Source: Calcarisporiella thermophila CBS 279.70
Taxonomy: Eukaryota; Fungi; Calcarisporiellomycota
Length of the DNA: 64,000 bases
Assembly: GCF_041956535.1 (NCBI RefSeq)
Contig: NW_027192192.1
Span: 933,796-997,795 of the forward strand
Direction: 5' to 3'
Below, piece by piece: positions 50,477 to 61,375 of the stretch. Below the pieces are notes generated by a model that did no database searches, had not been told where the DNA came from, and saw only the letters and a list, made by a program, of their open reading frames with translations. The translations under genes and the position numbers were made by a program. Within the stretch, counting starts at the first letter, position 1, and each line of letters opens with the position of its first letter.

Positions 50477-52146
50477 ATGGGAAGGGATCCGAATAAAGGT
50501 ATATCATCCCGATCGACCTGACCCAATGAATGGGCAGCTCACTGGAGGAGCGTCTTACTCACCTTTGGATCTATAGTGATAACAAAGAGGGCTTATGTGG
50601 GAGGCCTCCCGCCCAAACTTGCCGAGGGGGATCTGAAACTTCGCTTTGAAGCCTATGGAGATGTAATCGAGATGAGTATCATTCGCGAGGGATTCTCCGG
50701 CGATTGCCGAGGATTCGGTTATGTGACACTTAAGACCACGAAAGAAGGATGGAAGAAATGTAAAATATAAATTTCCAGCGCTCCTCTTCGGTATAAATAG
50801 ATGATTAACCACTTGGAAAATCGTTAGGTCTAGCTTTAAACGATCGCCCATGGAAAGACACCACTCTAAAAGTGCAGGAAGCCAAGCCTGATTATTTACA
50901 AAGGTAACTATCATTGGAATTTAGATGACGAGCTTTGTTAGTCTCGTGCTGATCGTGTACAAAAGACTTGCAAAGGAGAAGAGCAGCGAGAAGCGGCGAG
51001 AGAAAATTAAATGGCAGCGATTACTGCGAACTGGCATAATACATTCTCGTGATATGAGCCTGGTCACCGATAAAAATGCACACAAGCGTAGAGTAAGTTG
51101 AATCGAGACCTCTCCTAAATCCTAGATCCATAGTGCTTATCCTATATACATTGAAGCTATGGAAAAAAGGGCGCTATGGACGTGCCATTGCATTAATGAG
51201 ATTGTTGCGTCCGGACGGAACGAAAATCGTGGTTGATCCTTTGTTATACAAGAATAATATTCTTAAATTCCACACTGAGGAGGATGAGAAGCCCTCCGAA
51301 CCGCCAAAACGTAAGTGAAAGATGATGACCAGGCCCTTTTCTTTTCGTTATTCATTTTTTTTCCCCTCTGTATGCTTTATCATAGCCAATTCAACGGCGA
51401 ATTTGCCTATCTCGGCTGAATCAAAGCCCGAGCCTCTTCCAGCCCAATCCACCTCCCTTTCCACCGACAAGAACTACGAGATTAATGTGAATCTGAAGCC
51501 TCTTTTTGGTGCTGGTGGTGGCGAATGTAATGTGACTCTTCTTTAGAAAATTTCAAGGGCAGTGGTTAATTATTGTATTAATCTTCATTTTAGCTGGCTC
51601 ATTTAAACTCTTCGGTGGAGACGATGACGAGGCGGAAGAGGAGGACGAGGAACAAGCAATTGAGGAAGTATATAAGGTCCCGTCCGCCTTTTCTGATAGC
51701 AAAATACCCGCGCTCCCACAAGAATCATATTTGGCAGTCAATCAACTGTTCTTCTTTCATTTTGACAACGACGAGCTTACCTCACGGTAAGTGTGAATAC
51801 TTAGCTGATCGAAAGTGACATTATTCTAGAATCGGCTCATTATGATCTGATAGGACTCCGACCCATGCTTTTGGTGATGCCAAGGATCGCTTCTTTGTGC
51901 GGACTTCATCCTTGTAAGTGATCCAAAACCCCAATGCTTTTTCACCGGCTAAGCGCTAATATTTTCACCTTTAACTCAAGGGAGGAAGTGACTACAGCGT
52001 GGGAGCAGATGCGCGAAGAGATTACCCGTGAATACAAGCGGAAGCACAAGTCGGCATCGCGAAAGAAAACGAAACTGATCCGTGGTGGCGATCGAGGAAG
52101 AGGAGGAGGCGGTGGTGGTGGAGGCGGTGGCGGAGATCGACTCTAA
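50477..52146 (+). CDS. NOL8: Nucleolar protein 8 (NOL8/Nop8)-like RRM protein, ~9 exons
   Basis: N-terminal RRM (RAYVGGL...CRGFGYV...WKDTTLKVQEAKPDYLQRL), LFFFHFDNDEL and C-terminal WEQMREEITREYKRKHKSA. The first micro-exon is 50477-50498. Confidence 0.78.
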
Positions 52147-52430
52147 GATATGTCTTGCTGCGCCAAACACACTAAGCATGCACTTCCGTCAGATACCTCA
52201 CAAAAAGAAGCATTACTCTTTCTGAACATTCCGAACCAAAGTCCGAAGCGTATCGAAAGTTTGGCCACGTTCACTAAATTTAAAATTCAATTTTAAGATT
52301 ATGATCGTTAATTTACTTGCTTTTGATACTTTTATTTATTTTTTGTGTAAAACACGCTTTTTCTTATACTGCCATTTGCACGTAGCAATTCCCTTCTCCC
52401 CGGTAAAACCCCTTTCGTCTCTTCACGTTA

Positions 52431-53499
52431 ATGTTGAAAAGTAAAGGGTCTTCACTAGTTATATCCTCTTCCACCTCGATACCTGAGAAAATTAGTGAAA
52501 AAGCCGAGACATGGCAAAAATTACTACACCAATCATTTTTACGCAATTACGCGAATGAGGATGAGACTGGTGACCATTTTCACGATGTTCATCAATGAGT
52601 GCAAGCTGTATAACCTATATTCATTTCTAACAGCATATATCCAAATGAGCAACATCAAGCGCTCAGGAGATGTATCCATGCATTCAATAGTATTCCAGGA
52701 CTTTTTAAGTAGGTGTTTCTACCATTTGGCAGGCAATGTATATTTTCTTGCCGAACGCTGATATTTACGTATATACGTATATAAATATATAATTTCTCTC
52801 ATTCCACGGTCAGAGGACGATTCGAGATATCTTTTGTTTCAGCTTGCCGTGAATGACAGCCATCTCATGTGTGATCTTAAGTCGACTGCTAAAGCAGAGC
52901 TGTGCTGGTAATCCCTTGGTGATATAAAAATGTGTAGACCAACCCAAAAATTCAGCTATGTTTATCAACATAGGGCTATGCCGAAGTCGAAAGAACATTT
53001 CTATTTCTCCGGGCGCTTTTATATTGCTTCCGCGCCAGTCCAAGTGACTCGTTATCCACCTCCTCGCATCATTTCGGATTTGCAAGAACACTCAGAGGAT
53101 TACTGGGAACGGGAGCGACTACGTCAATGGCAACGACTTAACTCAAGACTGCGTTCCAGGTTCACCTGGCCGTCATCGGGTGATGCTCCGCGCAACGACA
53201 AAGCATTTGCTTGCCTCCATCTGGATGCATTGTCCAATGATTATCCCAACGATGCTAAAAAAATCATCCATTCCATAGCTTTGGATAATTTTGCGTTGCT
53301 TATATACAAAGCTACTAGTGTGACTCATTTCAATTACGAAGTATTCCCTCCAAGGCGAACTGTATGTATATCCCTGTCATAAATTACGCATGGACTGCTC
53401 TCCTCCCTTTTATTTTACTTACTCTCTTCTCTATCCTTATAGGTGTATATATACAATCAAACCGTCCATACTTGGGACGCTATCGAATCCAATCCTTAA
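52431..53499 (+). CDS. Pyridoxamine 5'-phosphate oxidase-like (Pyridox_oxase_2/YGR017W-type split-barrel) protein, 250 aa, 5 exons
   Basis: Exons 52431-52569, 52634-52708, 52814-52907, 52974-53361 and 53443-53499 are all GT-AG bounded and phase-compatible (753 nt). The product has WQKLL...YIQMS...IVFQDFL...AELCW...EHFYFSGR...WERERLRQWQRL...FTWP...ALDNFALL...RRT...W-x3-ESNP*. Confidence 0.8.
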
Positions 53500-54154
53500 A
53501 GATGCTCTATTTTGATATCACTTGACCTTAAAATCCCTTTTGAATCTACATCGAACTATGAATGCATACCTATAATTGATTTGTGTTTCCGCCCTCCCTT
53601 TAGTATAACTTATTAACCATAAAAAATAAAGAGTGGTTTCGAGGAGGTCTTAGATTTTATTTATTCACAAGCCACTTGTATATTGGAAGCCTTTATGCTT
53701 CGCATTATTCTAAACTGCTCGAAAAAACCTTGAGCAACACACAGACATTTTCATCACCCTTCTCCATCTTTCCTCCTTTTTTTTTCTTTTTATACCTTTT
53801 TTACCATTTTTTTTTTACTCTTTTTTCTTGTTATTAATTTTCTTGCTCTGCTGCACTATCATGCTTGTGAATTGACTAGGTAATTGCTTATCTTTCTTTT
53901 TTTTCCCTTTTTTTGTCTTTGTTTGAGCCTAACCGTTTTATTGTTTTCCTAACTAGAACAAAAGGATCTAATTGCCGATTATTTCTATCTACAAGTTCAC
54001 TAAGGATCGTGTCACCCGCTCTTGATTTTGCCTTTTATTATATTTGAACTATATTTTCTACATCATTCTGCTACCAAACATCTCTTTTGGTACATCGGCT
54101 AGCCTTCATTCCCATACAGAGTAGATTCATTTTATTTCTTGGACATCTGGAGCC

Positions 54155-56896
54155 ATGATGCCTGCACCGGGCAGCGCTAATCAATCGGTTTCTGCTCTCA
54201 CCGTTACTACACGCCAAACCACTGGCGATGTCCCACCGCCTCTCGTAGGTGCTTCAACCACCGTTGTGGGGACAAAGATGTATCTCTTTGCCGGCCGACT
54301 TGTCTCCACACGCAAAATGACCAACGATCTCTACATCCTTGATCTCCTCACTTTTCATTGGACCCGTGTGCCTTCTGACCCTTCTAATCCACAGCGACTC
54401 CCAAAGCAACGCTATTTTCATTCTGCTACCCACTATAAGGACTCCATCATCATGTTCGGAGGAATGGGCTATTCACGAAGCTCTGCAGATGGGCTTTGCG
54501 TACTTGACGACATCACTGTTCTCGATCTTGACACTTTGACATGGAGCCATCCGGAGATAACACCCTCGCTATTTAACCCACGACCACGATACGCCCATCT
54601 AGCTTCCGTTAGTGGTAACAAGCTAGTGGTGGTTGGCGGTCAGGACATGTCCAACTCGTATATTGAGGAAATGAACATCCTCGATCTCGATGAATGGACC
54701 TGGTCCATGTCGCGCAACTTTGAGAAACAGTGCGGTGCCTATCGCTCCATTATCGTTACCCCCACCACCCAATGTACCGTGCCATTGTACGGCGTCACAG
54801 GAAAATCAGCTGCGGGCATATCGGCGTCACCTGTGATGCCGCTTGAGTCGCCCTCCTACTCTTCGACCATCAATGATAGCGGATTCGATTCCCCGCCACC
54901 TCCAATCGGATCGCCAAGTTATGGGGGAGGGGAGGGTAGCATGTTGCGGAAATCACCCTCCCTACAATCTATGCAACAACCGAACCCGCGATCGAGTTCG
55001 TTGCGATCCGGATCTGCGCCTGGATTCGCCTCCCCCCCGTTACATAAATCATCCTCGCAATCGTCGCTGAATCACCCGACGGGCCGTGAGCGAATCAAGT
55101 CGTTTTCACGCACCTCCTTCCGGCTCTCTTATTCTGTCGCCGCTTCCGACGGTCAGCCCACCCCAATTTACCTCTATTCCAACTTCAATTTCACGGATGT
55201 GAAACGCGAACTCTTCATTCTCCTCTCGCCTTCGCACGGGCCTCTCCAAATCAACGATCACTCCACCAACATGACCGGCAACTTCCTACCCCCGGGGCTT
55301 CGATTCCCCACCGGCGCTATCATCGGCCACCACATGATACTCTCGGGGACCTATCTGACGAATGCCTCACAAACGTTCAGCATCTGGTGCCTAAATCTGA
55401 CCAACTTGGCGTGGACTCGCGTGGAAACGGGTTCATGCTTCTCGTCGGGATCCTGGAACCGCGGGGTATTATGCGAGGAAACCAACAAATACATTGTCTT
55501 GGGGAACCGCGATCGTTCTCTTGTGGAGGACTACAACCACAGACAGGCGAACTTTGACCACGTGACGATCGTGGACCTGGAAGCATTCGGGATCTATCGT
55601 CCCCCTCCGGCTACCATGTCGAGTCTGGCACAAGAACTGGGACTGGGCCTGCTGAGCGAGCCCGCATTAACAGATTTCGAGGTGCTGACGGCCGATCATC
55701 AGAAGATCCCGGTGAATTCAGCCATTCTCGCCGCTCGATGGCCGTATTTCAAGGCTTTGCTGGAGGAACACTGTCGAGAGGCGAGTAAAGTAGAGCAGAA
55801 GGAGGAAAAGGGAAATCGCAATTCGACTGCAAGCGTAGAATCCTCCGTGATCCCCGCCTCTGATCTCCAACCGCTGGAGAATGATTCGAAGCTAGACGAG
55901 GACGAACATGGCGAGGAAGATGCGTCAGCCAAGGGCGAGGATGAGAAGAAGGAGCCACAACCTCCTGAGGACGGGGAGGACACATCGGCACATGAAAATG
56001 GCGCCCCTCAACAAAACGGCGACCCGCCGGCCTCTTCTGCCACGGAGGACGCGCAAGAGGCAGCCAAAGAGACAGCTGTGCTGCTTCCCAAATCGCGATG
56101 CTTGTTTATCAATGAACCGCACCACGTGGTGCTAGCTTTCCTGCAATACGTGTATACGGATCATTTGTTGACTGCGCAGCAGCATCAACCACAGGTTCTT
56201 GCGCGTCTATTGCTTTTAGCGGACATGTACGACCTCGATCGGCTACATCAGCTTACCACGCATGCACTCCATCAAATGCTCAACATGTCCACTGCGCCTC
56301 TCATCTACGAGACAGCAGCTCTGACCGGGCAGACCGGTTTGCAAATCCGAGCACTCAAGGTGATGGTCGCGGCGAAGAAGATGCAGCAGCAGCAACAGCA
56401 GCAACAACAGCAACAGCAGCAGCCGCAGATCCGCGATTCTTCGTCCCATTCGCACTATGACGACAGTAGCACAATGTCCCCCTCCTATCCCCCACCCGTG
56501 TCCGGCAGCGGGCCTCGTTACGACTCCTACTCATCGGGACCAGCTGCCTCTTCGAGTGCCATGTCCCGAAATTACAACGTGCGCTCTCGGTCCACCTCCA
56601 ATGCCTCCGCAACAACTTTTGCTTCGGCCAAATCGCCTCCCATGCCTGTATCTTCCCCCCTCTCCCCCATGTATCCACCTAGCTCCCTCCCACCGTTCGC
56701 ACGCAACCGCAGTGAGAGCATCGAAAATGGATATAGCGGGTCGGGAGGATCGTCCAGCGCCCCCACGTCCAACCCCATTGCATTAAATCCATCGGCTATT
56801 GCTGCAAGCGGAGCAGGTGGTTTATTGGCCGGCGGGCGGCGGGAAGAAAAGCCAAAGAGTGGGGCTGCCTTCTTTGGTACTTTTGGCATGTTTTAG
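54155..56896 (+). CDS. MDS3: Kelch-repeat + BTB protein, Mds3/Pmd1/Ral2 family, intronless CDS
   Basis: TTGDVPPPLVGASTT, RYFHSA, PRYAHL, IYLYSNFNFTDVKREL, LPPGLRFPTG and DYNHRQANFDH motifs, a BTB domain (ILAARWPYF...FLQYVYT) and GLQIRALKVM. Confidence 0.88.
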   Translation: MMPAPGSANQSVSALTVTTRQTTGDVPPPLVGASTTVVGTKMYLFAGRLVSTRKMTNDLYILDLLTFHWTRVPSDPSNPQRLPKQRYFHSATHYKDSIIMFGGMGYSRSSADGLCVLDDITVLDLDTLTWSHPEITPSLFNPRPRYAHLASVSGNKLVVVGGQDMSNSYIEEMNILDLDEWTWSMSRNFEKQCGAYRSIIVTPTTQCTVPLYGVTGKSAAGISASPVMPLESPSYSSTINDSGFDSPPPPIGSPSYGGGEGSMLRKSPSLQSMQQPNPRSSSLRSGSAPGFASPPLHKSSSQSSLNHPTGRERIKSFSRTSFRLSYSVAASDGQPTPIYLYSNFNFTDVKRELFILLSPSHGPLQINDHSTNMTGNFLPPGLRFPTGAIIGHHMILSGTYLTNASQTFSIWCLNLTNLAWTRVETGSCFSSGSWNRGVLCEETNKYIVLGNRDRSLVEDYNHRQANFDHVTIVDLEAFGIYRPPPATMSSLAQELGLGLLSEPALTDFEVLTADHQKIPVNSAILAARWPYFKALLEEHCREASKVEQKEEKGNRNSTASVESSVIPASDLQPLENDSKLDEDEHGEEDASAKGEDEKKEPQPPEDGEDTSAHENGAPQQNGDPPASSATEDAQEAAKETAVLLPKSRCLFINEPHHVVLAFLQYVYTDHLLTAQQHQPQVLARLLLLADMYDLDRLHQLTTHALHQMLNMSTAPLIYETAALTGQTGLQIRALKVMVAAKKMQQQQQQQQQQQQQPQIRDSSSHSHYDDSSTMSPSYPPPVSGSGPRYDSYSSGPAASSSAMSRNYNVRSRSTSNASATTFASAKSPPMPVSSPLSPMYPPSSLPPFARNRSESIENGYSGSGGSSSAPTSNPIALNPSAIAASGAGGLLAGGRREEKPKSGAAFFGTFGMF

Positions 56897-57512
56897 TTTG
56901 TTTTTTTTATAGTTATTTATTTATATTTGTTAACACTTTATTTCTTGGGATGTTTTTATTTTTTTTTCTACATTCCCCTATTATTAAGGATAGCTATTTT
57001 TAGTTATGTGTTAAAAAATATTAATTATTAGCTTTTAAGTCTCCTTTCCTACGAAAAGCTTTTTTTTTCCTTTTTTCTTTACTTCACTGTGTCCCTTCTA
57101 TTCGCTCTATTTTATTGCTCTATTACTAATGATGATCCCTTATTATTATTATATACGAACTTTTTTGAGTGTTTTTTTTTCTATACATGTTCTGTTTTTC
57201 TTTTTTTCCTTCCATTTTTCTTAGTATATCAATATCCTGTGCGATCTTGTATGTTTGCTAAGAGGCTTTTAAACAAAACGAGTGTGGTACTAGTCTCAGC
57301 ATATCAGAGCCTAAGCTAATCATGTCAAACTCCTTTTTAATTTTTTTAGAAAAAAGACTTGTGGTGGCAAGTGTGTTTCTACTGGTTCGTGGAAATGTAC
57401 GTTTTTCAACGCCACTAGAGCCATCAGCCATATTCTAGAATTCCGGTATAAATGCTTCACACCCTGTGCTTCGCACTTCGCTTCCCTTCACCTCAATCAC
57501 GATCAAAACATA

Positions 57513-60419
57513 ATGTACCCATCCCCGAACCCTCCGCCACCTCCCCTCCACAATCCCCCTCACAATCAGTACCCTAATCAATATCAGGACCAGTATCAGC
57601 TTCAGCCCCCCTATCCATCACAAGAACTTTACCCCCCCTCCCCTAACGCGGAATCTCGAATTTCTCTCCATGATCCCGTCCATGAACCGCTCCTAAATCA
57701 GTCCTATGCCCAGCCGCAAGGTGATTATAACGCGCCCCCAAATTCTCACAGCCCCTATTCCCAGTCCTATTATACCGGCTTCTCGGGCGCGGAACCTATG
57801 CCAGAACAACAGCGGCCGGCCGATACTCCCATTGAGATGGACGATGTCCGCGTGCGGTATGGATCAGCCCCTCGGCATCAGCCGCGTCGAAATCGCACCA
57901 CTAAAAAGGTACAGCTGGTCAGTGGCAACCTGGTGCTAGATTGCCCCGTGCCGGAGCGGTACTTGCAGAATGTGCCGCTGAGGGATGAGAAGGAGTTCAC
58001 TCAAATGCGATACACCGCTGCCACATGCGATCCCAATGATTTCAAAGATCAGAACTACACTCTGCGCCAGGCATTGATGGGGAGAACCACCGAGCTATTT
58101 ATTGTAATGACCATGTACAATGAGGACGAGGTCCTCTTCTGTCGCACGATGCATGGAGTCATGAAAAATATAGCGCATCTTTGCACGCGGGAGCGTTCCC
58201 GCACTTGGGGCAAAGACGGGTGGAAGAAGGTGGTTGTGTGTATAGTGTCCGATGGCCGAAAGAAGGTGAACGAGCGCACTCTCCACGTGCTCTCCGCCAT
58301 GGGAATATATCAGGACGGAGTCGCCAAGAATGTCGTGAACAACAAACCGGTCACCGCCCACATCTATGAGTTCACCACCCAACTCTCTATGGATCCAGAC
58401 CTCCAGCTGCGGGGCAATGACAAGGGCATTATCCCCGTGCAGGTGCTCTTTTGCTTAAAGGAGAAAAACCAAAAGAAGATCAATTCCCACCGGTGGTTCT
58501 TCAACGCCTTTGGTAAAGTGCTTCAGCCGAACGTGTGTGTGCTCTTGGACGTTGGGACACGACCCGGACCCACCTCCATTTATAAGCTGTGGAAGACGTT
58601 CGACTTGAACTCGAATGTTGGCGGCGCATGTGGTGAGATCCGTGCCATGACGGGCACGGGTGGCGTCAACCTGCTTAACCCGCTGGTGGCTGCCCAAAAT
58701 TTCGAGTACAAAATGTCCAACATCCTGGACAAGCCGCTCGAGTCGGTCTTCGGGTACATCTCGGTGCTGCCCGGTGCCTTCTCCGCCTACCGTTACATTG
58801 CTCTTCAAAACGATGAGCATGGACGCGGGCCTCTCGAATCCTACTTCAAAGGCGAGACACTGCATGGCGGGGACGCCGATGTCTTCACGGCCAACATGTA
58901 TCTCGCCGAGGACCGCATCCTCTGTTTCGAGCTGGTCGCGAAGCGAGACGATGCATGGGTGCTCCGCTACGTCAAATCGGCGTACGGCGAAACAGATGTC
59001 CCGGATGCGGTCCCCGAATTTATTTCACAGCGCCGAAGATGGCTCAACGGATCTTTCTTTGCAGCCGTGTATGCGCTTTACCATGTGAGGGACATTGGTC
59101 GAAGCGCTCACTCGCTCACCCGCAAAGTGATGCTCTACATCGAATTCGTCTACCAAGCGTTTTCGTTGCTCTTCGCTTGGTTTTTCATGGTGCGTCTGCT
59201 TTTGCGCTCTGTCCTCCATTGCGACTAATGGCCTTTTCTCTCTCTTTTTACTCCAGGCTAATTTCTTCATCACCTTTTTCATTCTGGCTGATTCGCTTAC
59301 CGTGGTCAACCCGCCCCCCTTTTCCAAGAATGTAGGAGACGGGCTCAAGGCTGCTCTCAGTTTTGTCTACGTGACGCTGCTGGTGGTTCAGTTTGTGATG
59401 GCACTAGGGAATAGGCCACAGGGGTAAATGCTCATCTCCATTTTGTGTGTTTTCATTCGGATCTGGCCAGATATTCATGGAATGAATTTATTGCTGTGTA
59501 GCTCGAAATGGTCCTATACCGCCATCATGATTTTCTTTGCCATCATCATGGCCTATATGCTTTTTGCCTCCATTTACATCACCGTGATTGGTATACAGAC
59601 GGCCATTCAAGGCGCCAATGGGGGCGGGTTCCTGGCTCTCCTCCGAAACAACGCGTTCCGCGATATCGTCATATCGCTTGCTGCAACCTATATCATGTAT
59701 TTCGTTTCCTCGCTGCTCTACCTTGACCCATGGCACATGTTCACATCGTTTGTGCAGTACATCTTCATGATGCCGTCGTACATCAACGTGCTCAACATCT
59801 ACGCCTTCTGCAACACGCACGATATCAGGTACAGTATAACCATTCGTTTTGAACTTTGCTTTGCCGCCCATCCCCTCTCTTTCTCTGATTCTGATCACTT
59901 ACGCTTCTACTTTGTATTTCTAGCTGGGGCACCAAAGGCGATACTGGCGTCTCCACCGAGCTTGGTGTGGTCCAATCCAAGAAGGAGGATGGCATGCAGA
60001 CGGTTGAAGTTGCTGTCCCTACCGAACAGAAGGATCTGAACGCGGACTACGATTTAGCTATCACCGAGCTTAAGCGCAAAGTAGAAGCACCGAAGCAACA
60101 GCGCGACGCAAAGACAAAGCAGGAGGATTACTACCGCACTTTCCGCACTCGCTTGGTCGTGGTCTGGCTCCTGACCAACGCTCTGCTCGCCGTCCTGGTG
60201 ACCTTGGTCGCCTCACGGGACGGCCTCATTGCCTATTTTGCGTACGTATTTCCCCACGCTCTAACGGTGTGAAACCTACTCCTATTGACTGTGTTCTTAC
60301 ATTCTCCACTTTTTTTTCTTTCCTCTTCTAGATTTATTCTCTGGAGTGTAGTAGCACTGAGTTTTATCCGGTTCCTCGGCAGCGTGGTCTATCTCATTCT
60401 TCAGCTCATTCAGGGCTGA
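57513..60419 (+). CDS. Chitin synthase, division 1 (class I/II-type), 5 exons
   Basis: [62 protein letters not shown] and HDISWGTKG (spliced) motifs. Confidence 0.95.
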
Positions 60420-61375
60420 GCTCCCCGCCGGCCCCACCCCCCGTCTTTTTCTCTTGTAATAATAGTAGTGCATCATGATTTTTATTGGGAAGAGCGTCCC
60501 CACTTGAGAATCATTCATCCCTCCCTAATATTCTTCAATTAATTATGCCTCTTATTTCTTGCCAATAAATGCGCCATCCTTATTTAGCACCCTTGGTTCT
60601 TCTCATTTGCTCCAGAAATCCAGTATTCACCATTTCTTCAACCCGGATTTTAACTGGGCCTCCCACGCGGAGATTTCCGATGGGGGGGAGAGGAGGGCCA
60701 GCATGAAACCGCGCTAGATGAGGATCAGCGCGGGCATCCCACTTGTGAAAATTGCCCACCGGGTTTGGTGTGCTAGGATCGTATTGCGCTAGATTTCTCC
60801 ACAGCAATGCTTGCGGCTTGGCCGATAAGGAAGGAGGTGCAGAGGCCCAGCGTGCGGCGGGAGGATCATTTTGTTCAGGAACTGGGCTCCTGCCTAAAAC
60901 CTAACCTATTGTCCACCCCTCGCTCCCATTTTGAGGGCGAGAACCCTATTTAACCTCCACATCAAGCTTGACCAATCATGGCGCGCGTTGTTAATTCGCT
61001 CGCCTGCGCTTTTTGACATTTATTCGGTGGCCTTTCACGGTCGGCTTCCTTTCTCTTCCTCCCCTGTGCTGCCCCCCACTCGGCCTCTCTTTCCCCTCCT
61101 TGTAATGCTTCCGGCTGCCACAACCGCTAGGGGACCCTCTCACGACCTCGTCTGAATATCGTCAGCGCCACACCCTGCGCCCATCGCCCTATACGCATCC
61201 CTCCATTTCTTTTTCATCTCCCTATTTATATAAGCACAACATCCCCTTCCAATCATTTCTCCTCTCTTGGGGCCCTGCATCCCCCACCATTCCCTATACT
61301 CCTTCCACCAGTATTTATTCCCTATTTATTATTTAATTGCTGTTTTAATAATACCATCGTGCATTGAACCACATC

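Noticed and set aside
52364-52620. Apparent spliced minus-strand exons (…IEVEEDITSEDPLL…)
   Set aside because: They are antisense to the better-supported plus-strand PNPOx-like gene and give no recognisable product.
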